A stretch of DNA of 64,000 bases from Squalus acanthias. Its lineage: Eukaryota. The stretch spans positions 70,184,001 through 70,248,000 of the forward strand of contig CM059435.1 in the NCBI GenBank assembly GCA_030390025.1. Direction: 5' to 3'. Below the pieces are notes generated by a model. That model had not been told where the DNA came from. It worked only from the letters and a program-made list of their open reading frames with translations, and did no database searches. Shown here in pieces: positions 50,850-62,660 of this stretch; positions within the stretch are counted from its first letter, which is position 1; each line of letters begins with the position of its first letter. Both the position numbers and the translations under genes were made by a program.

Positions 50850-53800
50850 TTATATGTATAAAAAAAGTCCTGTTAAATTTATTTTGTATTTGAAAATCTA
50901 CCAGCCTAGAACTTGCTGTTGGGCGTAATAACGACCAAATGCTTAATGAGTTTGCATGGCATTCCTCTGCTATTTTAGTGGCGAGCATTAACCCATTTAA
51001 AACACACAGGGTAACAGCTCTATTAAAATAACTGACTGAGAATTGCTATGCAAACATAATGTTCATCTGCTAATTTCTAAGCTATGTCCAGAGTGTTGTA
51101 CAGACGCTGAGTATGTTTTACACTACTCAATCTTGAGCACCATAAGAAAGGTGTCTCCAGACTAATTCTGGATAACAGCCTTGTTTTATTATCTTGACAG
51201 GATGGTAATACCCTGCTATCCTGCCATGAGCACCTAACGTGGGGACAGCATTGTAATAAACAGGAAACATTTATAAAAGTTTCACTTTTTTTATGAGGTT
51301 TTAACACAACTTGTTGTCATGATTATCTAACATGTTGAATCTGTTCCAGTGTAGATTTTTCCGTATAGCGTATTACCTTGTTTAATTACAGTCTTCATAT
51401 CATATAAGAGGTCAGAGATCATCATTAGCCATCAGTTCATCATAACATACCATAAAGTATGAGGTTAGAACAGCAAAACAAATCCTTAAAATGACAGAAT
51501 GCCTTCCGTTGGTCCAAAAAAATGAAAACTTTATAGCTCTTGAATCAAAACCTACACTGTTTCTCTATTGAACAGACTTCAGGTGCAGGCTAAAATTCCA
51601 TGCATCTCCCCATTGGCTCAGTGAGGTACCAAACCCCACATGGATCAGGGAGCTCTTCGATTTTATTGCTGATCGCAGTTGAGGCAGTTATAGGGGTGTT
51701 ACAACTGAGCTGGTTCCTGTTCCTGATTACTATTAAGTGACCTTTACTGAGGTGTGCATGTGTGTGTATGTTGGATGAGGACAGGATTAGACTTGATTCT
51801 TGTACCCTGCATGGCTAAATAACCTGTTGATACTTGCTATCTTGACTGACACATGAAGTATGGCCCTTGGGGCATCCATTCCCCAGCATGAGGGACGAAC
51901 CATATAAAAACCCAGGGTTTGGGTATCTGTTCTAACAAAAGGAACAATAAGGTAAGTGTAGTCTTAGAAAAGTAATCATTGTTCCAGTATGAAGGTAAAG
52001 GTATGAATCTGGCCATTGGCAAACTTCAACTCCAGAAACTGCTCTATACCTCTGATCTCACAAAGGTGGCTGTCAGTGCATTGAGAGTATTTTAATGTCA
52101 CTCCAATCCCACGGTATACTGGACCAATATCAATGTTACACTGGTATAAAGCAATGAGGTCAGAAGGATGAGATATCCAGCTTGACAATGCTGCTTTTGT
52201 ACCAATCTTCATTATTGAATAGGAAATTAAGTAAAATCCATGCAAAAGTCAGTATAGAATCTCTCAATGCAAACAGGGAAGACATGTTGTATTGATCTGT
52301 CTTTGATCATTTCAGTCTTGCCCTCACTAGACTATATCAGAAGGAATGCTGTCTTTTTAAGTGTTTTGCAGTAGATTCATTCAGCTGATGTAGCTTACGA
52401 ATACTTGATACCAACGTGAATACAACTGCAGTTATCAGTAGTCAGCAGCAACAGTAAGCACCTTGTTATTCTGAGCAGTTCAGCTTACATGAGTTCTTCT
52501 TAAAGGGCATTGTCGCCCTTGAAAATTAGTTTGCAAAGCTTTCTTTTATGTAAACACGTGACACAGTGTGTTATTGAAAAATCTCACTGCATTGCATATT
52601 TGTAATTGTGACAGTTCAGTGTGATGTCATACCATGCTCATCACATCTGTTCTATTCAACAGTCGTCCACAAAATGGTGACAATGGCACGTCCCTCCCCT
52701 TTAAACCTTGCATACAAACATCCAATAACTTATAGAACAAGCAATGGTGGTTGACAGGGCAGTGGTCGATATCTAACACATTTTAGTAGTTAAATGCATA
52801 TGTACAAAAATATCAAGTAATAAATAGGACAGTGCATAAATATTTTACAACATAATAAAATATATCTCTTTTATATACATCTTTTGCTAAGAGAGGTAGC
52901 TTTTCCACTCAGGCCAGTGTTCACTACAGACTCTGATTGCTTTGGCATTCTCCCTGCAACTATCCTATTTAACTGGAGGAGTTAAATACTATTTTGGCAT
53001 TAAGAATTTCTAAATGCTTTGGTGTTACGCAAACTGTGGACCAGTAGTGCAACATCAGTTATTTTGATCATAACAGAAGATGGTGAGAGATGCTGTAACC
53101 AGCCTTGTACCTTTCAATATAATTATGTGTTTTAACTTCTAAAGAGGCAATTTCAAATTATGCCAAGGGTTCAGTATTCTCTAAACAAAGTTGAAAATGT
53201 GTTCAATATTCATTTTCCTACATTTAAATGCCACAAAAAATGTTAGTCTCTGGTCTCCGAGACCCGAGTTGTGATAAAGTACAAGGAATAGGGATGGAGT
53301 TCTTCTCAGAAAAATAGTTATTAATAGTCATAAACAAAATGAGTTCTGACAGCCGACATCTACTGCACCATCAGGAGCCATCAGTCCAAAAACCGCTTTA
53401 CATTTGGCGGTCTGGGCTATAGAAGAGGGGATTGAAGTTCAAACAATAGATGTGTCAGTGGATTTATATCACTATTTTTCATGTGAGATTGCCAGGAGAA
53501 ACTAGAACTCTCTCTGGTTCCATTACTCCCTCCCTCCAACTAAAGCGCTCAGTACTGTCGCTGGATAAGGAGATAAATATGAATCTCATTTTATCCACAA
53601 GGGGAAAAAAAACCAATCCCTTGACACAGACAAATATGTTGATGGGGTTAGATGAAGAGGGATGGGAGAAGGCTCGTGTGGAGCATAAACATGGACCTGT
53701 TGGGCTGAATGGTATGTTTCTGTGCTGTAAATACTATGTAATAGGTGTTCTCTGCCTTCTTCCAGCCACAATGGGTTTTTTCCTCAGGATTGGTGCAATC

Positions 53801-55057
53801 TTGGTAAAAGCCAGAACTGTTTTGAACGTAACTGTCCTTGGCTACCTTACATAAAGTATTGACAGGTAGCAACAAGAAACAGAATATCATCCCAGTTACA
53901 CTGTGTGCTTGGTGACAGTGCAGCATGGTCTCTCGCACTGCACTGACTTTGTGTGCCCAGTTTAGAATTGCCAACTGCTGGAGCAGTAAAACAGAAGCTG
54001 GTACAGAGCCAACTTTTCTGCACTTAGTGTTCAGGCGGTCCGCTTCACCACCTTCACATTGACAGAGTTTTAAAAAAAATTGAACTAGCAGTTCGAGGCC
54101 AGTGAGCAGAGATGCACCTGGTTTACTCTGGCCATTTCCCCAAAACATGCACAGCTCTCAGAAAAGCCAAAGTTGCTTCACCTGTCTTGTGCAGTATAAC
54201 TGGGACATTGGATGTTATTGCTACTTTTAGAGTTAAACAGAGAGATGGGTAATAGACCTGTTTATTAAGGCAGTGACTGAGTTGAAGCACCAGTAATGTG
54301 GCCATGTCATGCAGCATGTTACCATTTGTTAGACCATACAGTACTATTTTTTTTTCATTTCAGTGGGAAGTAAATCTACTTAGTTATGTTTGAAGGGGTT
54401 TGATTTCAATAAATAATGTTTATCAGGGCTCTGGAAATTCAGTAACATTGTCTATAATAGCATCTTAGGGCACTACTGTTGTCTTAGTTTCTCTCCTTCA
54501 AAAAGATGTTTTCCAAATGGTGATATGACGTTGTCGCTGGTACGATGTTCTGGATGTTCTGTTTTTGCAATGGTTTCAGAATAAACAGGGAGGGAATGAT
54601 GTGCAGAAACAGTGACAGGGATTAGAAGAGTGAATCTGTTCAGCCATTGCAAAATGTTAAGCATGGACTGAGTTTTGACTCTCAATTTGGTATAAATTAA
54701 GCTATGTATTTGCGCCCCTCCCTTCCTACCCTGCAACATATGCTATATTTATGTCCCCCCAGTGCATGTATATAATCTGGGCTATTCCTTGATGTTTTAA
54801 AATGTCTGTCCTGGACTTCAACATAAAAGGGAAACTAGCAAGCTAAGTATGTTCCAAATAATTAAGTTATAGAACAATTGTTGCACTCTGGTATTAGCTG
54901 CCAATGATAAGAGAATGAACATCAATTTCTAGAGATTGTTGAAATTTGGACCGGTCATTATCTCCATCGTGATAAATTGTCTCCAGTCAGGTCCCATTCC
55001 ACAAGGTAGTTTCTTCATTTCTTGAACTGCTGCATACTTCATGCCATACCCGGGTCA
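50850..55057 (-). other. Probable 3' UTR/downstream region of the ADAMTS gene
   Basis: Repeat-poor, AT-rich sequence after the stop. Minus-strand AATAAA at 54261, 51662, 51185 and 50878; the site actually used is unknown. Confidence 0.4.
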
Positions 55058-55147
55058 CTACTGTACTTGCATCAGAAGACCAGTGCTTGTTTGGGGAACA
55101 CATTTTCCACAGTAGCCTCCACATTTTCCATATACCTTTGTGCCATC
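55058..55147 (-). CDS. ADAMTS20: Last coding exon of a GON-domain ADAMTS (ADAMTS20-like)
   Basis: AG|GAT GGC... reads [29 protein letters not shown] then [16 protein letters not shown] is the GON-domain end of ADAMTS9/20. Confidence 0.9.
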   Translation of the reverse strand, partial: DGTKVYGKCGGYCGKCVPQTSTGLLMQVQ

Positions 55148-55155
55148 CTTTCAAA

Positions 55156-55570
55156 TAGAAAGAAAGAATTGCATTTATATAGCGCCTTTCATAACCTCAG
55201 GACGTCCCAAAGCCGTTTACAACCAATGAAGTACTTTTGAAGTGAAGCCATTGTTGTAATGTAGGAAATGTGGCAGCTAATTTGTGCACAGTAAGGTCCC
55301 ACAAACAGCAATCATATAAATGACCAGATAATCTGTTTTAGAGGTTGGTTAAGGGATAAATATTGACCTGGACACTGGAGAGAACACCCCTGCTCTTCTT
55401 TGAATAGTCCCATGAAATCTTTTACATCCACCTGAGAGGGCAGACGGGGCCTCAGTTTAACATCTCATCTGAAAGATGGCACCTCCGACATTGCAGTGCT
55501 CCCCAGGTACTGCACCAGAGTGGCAGCCTAGATCATGTGCTCAAGTCTCTGGAGTGGGACTTGCACCCAA
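55156..55570 (-). mobile_element. tRNA/L2-tail SINE, 5'-truncated, abutting the ADAMTS acceptor
   Basis: Colinear with 14577-14970. Confidence 0.88.
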
Positions 55571-55631
55571 AACCAGAATAGCTACATGCCATTTCTGCAG
55601 TGATGAGGTCACGCACAAAGCATGCAACTAT

Positions 55632-56375
55632 GGCCCGGAATTTGTGGTCAACAATGAAGCGATGGCGCCCGTCGCTGGCCTTGAAGAAAGCTGCCTACAA
55701 AGATCTAGCAATCTCTGTGGCATGAATTTCAGCTCTTCCGACCTTTGTTTGAATCTGACGCCAAATCAAGCACATCTCCAGCATCCAGCAACAGTGATGT
55801 CATCAAGCAGGCTAAGCAGCCAATCACATTGAAGAATTCTCACAGACAGCAAACCAGGAAGTAAAATGCACAGTTTCTAATTTACTTTGTATAAATTTTA
55901 CAGAGAGTGAAATAAAGATTGAGATATTCTAAGGTAGAAACTGAAATATAATTTAAAAAAATATTTTAAAACCATGCAATTCTTAATCATATTAATGGAA
56001 AAATGTTACATTCCACAAATATAAAATTAGTTTTTCAGGGCCAGAGCGGTTGTTCAACAATCAATTTGCCATTAAAAACCCAGTTACACCTCTTTCAAAA
56101 AGGCTAACTTTTTTCCGGGGGGTGGGGGGGAGGTGTTTAACAGCGATATACCAGTGTAATAGGGGAAGTTTTCATCCTTTAGTGTGATTTCAATTCCGGC
56201 TCTGGGGAATTCCACAGTGCAACCTGTGGTAGAGCAGGGAATGATTGACCGCAACTTCTGGAATTCCTCGTTTATCTGCACGTGCACTAAATCCTGAATT
56301 TGCTGTTACTTTCAGAGGGATAATGATGGCGAATGCTGACAGTTTCGCCGTCATTACCACTGCAAAATCCGGGCC
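55632..56375. mobile_element. Harbinger-type MITE
   Basis: TIR GGCCCGGAATTTG / CAAAATCCGGGCC; the TSD is not clean. Confidence 0.75.
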
Positions 56376-57326
56376 ATTGTTTTTGTAACAGAAGAATATA
56401 TTACAATTCAAGTAGTATCGTTACATTGCAGTGTTTGGCATGTACAAAAAAAGGTATGATAAACTATATTTTTTTGTAACGACAATAGATCTTTATATGC
56501 ATAAAGAAATGGTCTTCGCGTGATTGAAAGCAATTTGCAGTTACCTTGAATAGATGGAATAACAGTTACCCCAGGGAACTGGAACTGACTTAGGCAGATG
56601 GCAGAATGCTGCTTCAGTGCAATTAGTACAAGACTTAATAGTAATTACAGTGACGCTGCAGTTCACCTGTGAAATAACTCAATGCGGCTTGGGATCTGAT
56701 CAGGCTTCGCAATACAAATAAGAAAGAGTTGGCCCAATTATCAGATATGCTCACAAATATGAATTTAACTCAATTCAGATGATATGTAGACATATCCCTT
56801 TAAGAATATGGTTGACAAACCTGGTGAGACAATGACAGTTTTTGTTCCTTCCAAGTATCTGCAAATCTCTTAGTACTGCACCAACAAATGGTACACCTTC
56901 TGCCTCTTGAACTTTCTGACATGGACTGTGGGAAACAATTGTGTCAGGTTGGCTCTTTTTTTTTTGTTGCAGAAACCTGTCGGTATCTGTCCAATGTTTC
57001 TCCTGTCCATGATGGTGCCATCCATTTCATGGGTGGTTGAACTCAAGGCATTAATTTTCTTGGTGGTATGGGGGGAGTTGGTGCATCAGGTTCCCTTATA
57101 TCATTGTAATTAACTGTATACTATATTGTGTTCAATGTGTGAAAAATATTGGCATTCTCAGCTATTGAATGAGAGAGAGAAAAAAGTGTATTTATTTAGT
57201 GCTGTATCACATGCTCAGGACATTCTGCAGCACTTCACAGATGTTATGTAGGTATCTGTAGAAGCCCATTATTCAAGTAAGGTACAGCCTGAGTGCCATT
57301 ACTCCAGTGGAATGTTTAAACAATTC

Positions 57327-58949
57327 GGCTGAGATTTTCCGGGTAGGAAAATGTTTTTTTTGACAACGGCTCGCAACGCACCTTTCCCAATGTCGGGTCT
57401 GTCAACGCTGAGCAGACCCGACCGGCAGCAGCGGGGACCCAATTAAAATTATTCGCATCTAGTTGACAGATACTTAACAGGCTTTTTTAACTTACCTTTT
57501 GACTTTAACTGCATGACCACGGGAACCACACTGTTCGGGGACCACGGTTGTTAACCTGAGGCGTGAATTCAGTGGCAGTTGCTCCAGCTGATCACTTGAC
57601 AGCTTCAAATGTACAGTAAAAGCTCCCACCTGACAGATCATCACTTTCCTCAGCCACAAGCTGTTTCTCAGTCCATTTCCAGCACAGATTCTGCAGGCTT
57701 TCCACTTTCCACTCTCCATCCACTCTCACCTCATTGGAAGAACTCTCTCACCATTAGCAGCATGCTTCTGTCATCTCTACTTTACCTGCCATCTATTCCA
57801 TCAACACGGGTGCCCTTTATACTGTCTCACCTTGGTCTTCAGAATCCGACCATGATCAGCCCCAACACCAGCAGCACTAGGCACACCATCAGCACCAACC
57901 TTCTCCACAATCACCTGATGCTGCACAGAACAGAGGGCATCAGCACCCGAGGACATTGCTGGCTGGGAGGCCAGGGATAGCCTCACCATGGCCAGATTTA
58001 CTTCACTTGACGCTGTACACCCTGGCTGCCACATGATGCACCAGGTTGGTACCACCCCACACCAACACCATAAAGCATCCCTACAATACCCAAGCCATTC
58101 CTTTCACACTTATTACCATTGCAGGGGGTACCGTTATGTCTCACCATTCACTGCAACTCACTAAGCCACTTCCAAAGGTGCGCACACATCTATCCAAGAA
58201 CGGAAAGTGTTGAAAATAAAGATTTCAATGTTTGACAGCACATTAACAGAAACTTTACATGAACATTGGCTAAGACATCCAAGTGGCTACCCTTGTGTGC
58301 TGTTAGTTGGTATGACTGGACTAGGATGAGTGTGAGGGGTGGCTCGTGAGATGGGGATGTGATAATGTAGACAGGGAGAGATGGGTGGAGGTGCAAGGTA
58401 AGTTGATTTGAGTAACGATGTGCAGGAGTAGGGTAGGGAAGGCAGAGTGATGGGGATGTGATAAGAGGCACAGGAGGATGAAGGTGAGTGTGGCTTTGTA
58501 CTAACGTTTCGTGAGCTAATGAGATCATTGAAAGGTTTGCGCCACTCCACCCAGGTCCTCCTGATGACATCCCTGCTGGTGCCCTCCTCTGCAATGTGCA
58601 ACCAGGCTGTATTGGTCTCCTGGGGAGGTCTCTTCCATCCATTGGAAGTGAAGAGAACCTCCCTGGGTGCAGTCCTGCACCTCTGTGCAGTGATTTCCAG
58701 TGTTTGCAGCACCTCAATGCTGTAGAACGCTGACAGCACAAACGCCAAAAGTAAGGTGGCCATGGTCCCTTTTAAGGAAACCGGCTCAAGACGCGTCCTG
58801 AATGACATCACCAGACCCGCTTCCTCTAATTGGGCCGGGAAACGCGCTGGGCAGGCTTAACAAGCCCCGTTGAGGTAAGTTCATTTTCCAGAGTGGGATG
58901 GAGCCAGCAGCGGGGCCGCGACCCGCCACCGACAGCACCGGACTCGGCC
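57327..58949 (-). mobile_element. Myb-only Harbinger element, copy 2 (no nested insertions)
   Basis: Starts GGCTGAGATTTT, ends CGGCC, TSD TTC. AWLHIAEEGTSRDVIRRTWVEWRKPFNDL. Colinear with copy 1. Confidence 0.85.
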
Positions 58950-59246
58950 TTCATGTTTGGTAATGTGTGTGATAATCATGTGATTGTAGTTTGATTAAAT
59001 CATGGCTGGTCCCTATCAGGACGATAAAAACCTTCTGTAGCAGGTAGAATTGCTGGAGTTTTAAGATGGAGTTGCTATGATCTTGGAGTGCCAGGTCTGC
59101 AATAAATCATTTGTAGTATGGTCTGATTCATTGGGTGAGAAATTGGGCTCGGTAGTGCCCATTTTTTTGGTGCTACGAGTGCCCTTAGAGTTCCACACTT
59201 GTGACGCGAAGCACATCGGACGCCATCTTGGTGCAGACACAGTGAA

Positions 59247-60510
59247 CCTCAATCCATGCTGATATATTACCCCCAATCCCATGAGCCCTAATTTTGTGTA
59301 ATAACCTCTTGTGTAGCACCTTATCAAATGCTTTCTGAAAATCCAAATACACTACATCCACTGGTTCCTCCTTATCTACCCTGCTAGTTACAACCTCAAA
59401 AAACTCTAACAGATTTGTCAAACACGATTTCCCTTTCATAAATTCGTGTTGACTCTGCCCATCATATTATGATTTTCTAAGTGCCCTGTTATCATGTCCC
59501 TAATAATAGATTCTAGCATTTTCCCTACTACTGATGTCAGGCTAACTGGCCTATAGCTCCCCATTTTCTCTCACCCTCCTTTCTTGACTAGCAGGGTGAC
59601 GTTTGCTACTTTCCAATCCACGGGGACCGCTCTAGAATCTAGGGAATTCTGGAAGATCAAAACCAATGCATCCACTATCTCTGTAGCCACATCTTTTAAA
59701 ACCCTAGGATGTAGACCATCAGGTCCAGGAAATTTGTTGACTTTTAGTCCCATTAATTTCTCCAGTACTATTTCTTTACTAATATTAATTTCTTTAAGTT
59801 CCTCTTTCTCACTAGACCCTTGGTTCCCCACTATTTCCGGAATGTTTTTTGTGTCTTCTACCGTGAAGACAGATACAAAGTATTTGTTTAATGTCTCTGC
59901 CATTCCCTTATTCCCCATTATAATTTCTCCTCTCTCCCTTTAAGGGATGCACGTTTACTTTCACTAATATTTTCCTTTTTGCATACCTATAGAAGCTTTT
60001 ACAATCAGTTTTATGTATCTTGCTAGTTTACTCTCATATTCACTTTTCTCTTTCTTTTATCAATTTCTTGGTCATCCTTTGCTAAATTCTAAAATCCTCC
60101 CAATCCTCAGGCTTACTACTCCTTCTGGCAAATAAGCCTCTTACTTTAATCTAATACTATCATTAACTTCTCTTGTTCGCCACGGTTGGACCACTTTTCC
60201 CGTGGAGTTTTTATTTCTTAGGGGAATGTATATTTGTTGCGAGTTATGAATTAATTCTTTAAATGTTTGCTGTTGCTTACCTACTGTCATATCTTTTAAT
60301 CGAGTTTCCCAATCTACGGTAGCCAACTCACCCCTCATACCTACATGGTTAATACGCTAGTTTCGGACTTAACTAAATCACTCTCAAACTCAATATAAAA
60401 TCCTATCATATTATGATCACTCTTCCCCAGGACCTCCTTTACTACAAGGTTATTAATTAACCCTTTCTCATTGCACAACACTAGATCTAAAATAGCTTGT
60501 TCTCTAGTTG
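59247..60510 (-). mobile_element. CR1 internal fragment (part of ORF2)
   Basis: Colinear with 8775-9970; [13 protein letters not shown] and DFQKAFDKV motifs. Confidence 0.93.
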
Positions 60511-60660
60511 AAAGGACAAAGGCACAAGTGTAAGGTTGTGGTGAAGGGAGTGGGGGAAAGTAAGGGGTGCATGCTTACGCTATCTGCAGCTTGTAAGTCA
60601 AAAAGATTGTGGGATGAGGAAGCCGTGGGATGTGAGAAGGAGGATTAGGTATGAGGATAC

Positions 60661-61331
60661 TGTCATCTTCGATGGTTTCAGCTCCACTGCTGGCCACGGC
60701 CTCAGCAATGGCACTTCCAATAATGGCCAGCATTGTCTCCTCCATGGGGGTTAGAGCATACAGGCACGCCTCTCCTTCTCGGGTTAGTTCCTGCTGTCTT
60801 CGGTTGTGCGCCACCTTCTCCTGCAAGAGAGAGGTGAGTGCGGTGCAATCAGTTTGGCTGATGTGGCTGTTATGGTTGAATAGCCTGCAGTGTGTGCAAG
60901 CTGTGAGATGTGGGTGTGAGGCTTGCAACAGTACTAAGTGTGTGAGGGTGAGGTGAAGCATGTGCATGTTCGGTATGAGTCCTGATTGACAGAGATTGTT
61001 GGTAGGTGAGTGATTGGGGGTGTGGTGATATGAGCAGTGGCTGAGGTAGTGGTGTAGTTGGTAGGATATAGCATTTGAAGATGAATTCAATGACCTTGAC
61101 CACTCGTGTGAGATCATTAAAATTCTTGTGGCACTGCATCCAGGTCCTCGGGGCTAGACTCCTGGCATTGACCTCTGCGACTACCTCCCACTGCCTTTTC
61201 ACAGTGTGTCTGGAGGGCATCCTGGCCCCCTGCAGATATAGGATGGCTCTCCTCATTTCCACCTCCTCTACCAAAACCTCCAGTGCAGAGTAGCAAAACC
61301 TGGGTGCCTGCTCTCTCCCAGGTTCAGCCAT
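60661..61331 (-). pseudogene. Harbinger Myb/SANT (NAIF1/MSANTD-like) gene remnant: exon 61331-61095, intron 61094-60821, exon 60820-60661
   Basis: MAEPGREQAPRFCYSALEVLVEEVEMRRAILY...RQWEVVAEVN...RTWMQCHKNFNDLTRVVK|GT...ttgcAG|EKVAHNRRQQELT...LTPMEETMLAIIG; the spliced frame is open. Confidence 0.8.
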
Positions 61332-61621
61332 TCTTCTGTCTTTCCCAGGTCAGATTCAGCTCACACAGGACTCCCAGCCCCTGCTCCAGCCACAATGTAC
61401 CTCCCCTTTAAGAGTTGTAGGCTAGCTTTAAGTGCAGGCTAGCTTTAAGTAGATTTTGGGCCTCCTGCTGATGCGTGCAGCCAATCAACAGCGCGGTTAG
61501 CGCTGGCTGCGTGCAGAAATCATGTAAAAGAGCAGGTAGCACAAAGATGTTGTACTGCCTGAATTACATCGAATGGGCGCGGGTCTAGTCCCGATGTGTA
61601 TTAATCTCAGCCAGAGTCTTA

Positions 61622-62340
61622 GGGCTGGATTTTCAATGACCCGTGGAGTCGGGTTTGGAGGCGTGTGGGGGGTTAAAGTTACAGATTCGGGGGTCCCGAC
61701 CCCATACCGCCTCCACGCAATTTTGACAAAATCGGTCGCGGGGTTCCCGACTCCGTCCCACCTCCAAGAGGCGGGAGAGGCCATTAAAGCCATTAACAAG
61801 CCCTAAATTGGCTCTGTAATGCCATTTTGAAACGTTTTAGCTAGTTTAACTCTTTTCCGACGTGAAGTACGCCTGATGTCAAACACTTCAGTGAAACCTG
61901 GCGGCAGCACAAGTGGATAGTTGACTATCAGCTGCAGGTCCGCTATTACAATGGAGATGTGATGAAGGTAGTAGTATTAGGTCTGAAAGTCGCCTCTGAT
62001 GCTGCTGCATTGAATGTCTTCAGAGACTGCCTGGCCTTGCTGTGAGAGGACCTGGATGGAAAAAAATTCTTGCTCTCAGAGCTGCTGCTCATTTTGCATC
62101 CAGGTCCACTCACAGCAAAGGCCAGGCAGTCAGTCTCTGACCTGCAATGATGACATCATCAGAGGTGACTTTCAGACTGAAACCACTAATTCGTTCATGG
62201 GTTCCCACATGCTGGAACTCAATTGCCCAATTAAGTGAAAATTGCATCATTCATCCACATTAATCTGGAGTCGGGGGAGGGGGGCAACACGAAATGCGGA
62301 TGACACGACCCCAACCCAACCCTAAGACAAAAACCAACCC
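61622..62340 (-). mobile_element. Harbinger-type MITE, inverted sister of 35417-36163
   Basis: TIR GGGCTGGATTTT / AAAACCAACCC, TSD TTA. Confidence 0.9.
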
Positions 62341-62555
62341 TTAGAGTCTCTACAACTGGCTTCAGCACTCTCGGAGTAAGGAGGTGAAAATCAGTCAGGG
62401 TTTCCCGCTCCTGATCGTTATCTGACTCTTTCTTTATCAACATCACAATATAAAATAGCAAACATTTTAACTATTACTGAACAAAAATAACATTTCGACT
62501 ATAGTTTCAACAAAATACAGAATGTGTGGCTATTTCTGGCCCCAAACTCTCATAC

Positions 62556-62660
62556 CTGTGACCTGTGTACATTGACCGTTGCATAGTTTCCCTGTGCAAT
62601 CCATTTTGATGCTTCCGATATCTTCAGCCCAGTTCCACTTAAGTTAATGCTAAATTGTCC
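62556..62660 (-). CDS. ADAMTS20: Penultimate exon of the ADAMTS20-like gene (GON domain)
   Basis: ttttcAG|GQFSINLSGTGLKISEASKWIAQGNYATVNVHRSQ|GTATG, 105 bp, phase 0, in frame with the last exon. GQFSINLSGTG fits ADAMTS20 better than ADAMTS9 (recalled, not searched). Confidence 0.9.

Noticed and set aside
53450-54148. ORFs of 134 aa (+) and 166 aa (-)
   Set aside because: No domain similarity, partly built from a CR1 tail (about 53630-53740), and within the probable ADAMTS 3' UTR.
54473-54570. Possible extra minus-strand terminal exon
   Set aside because: Weak acceptor (aaaaacAG), and it lies downstream of the ADAMTS stop codon.
59133-59246. GGGTGAGAAATT Harbinger-like terminus
   Set aside because: Only one end is visible before the CR1 junction; no partner TIR or TSD was found.
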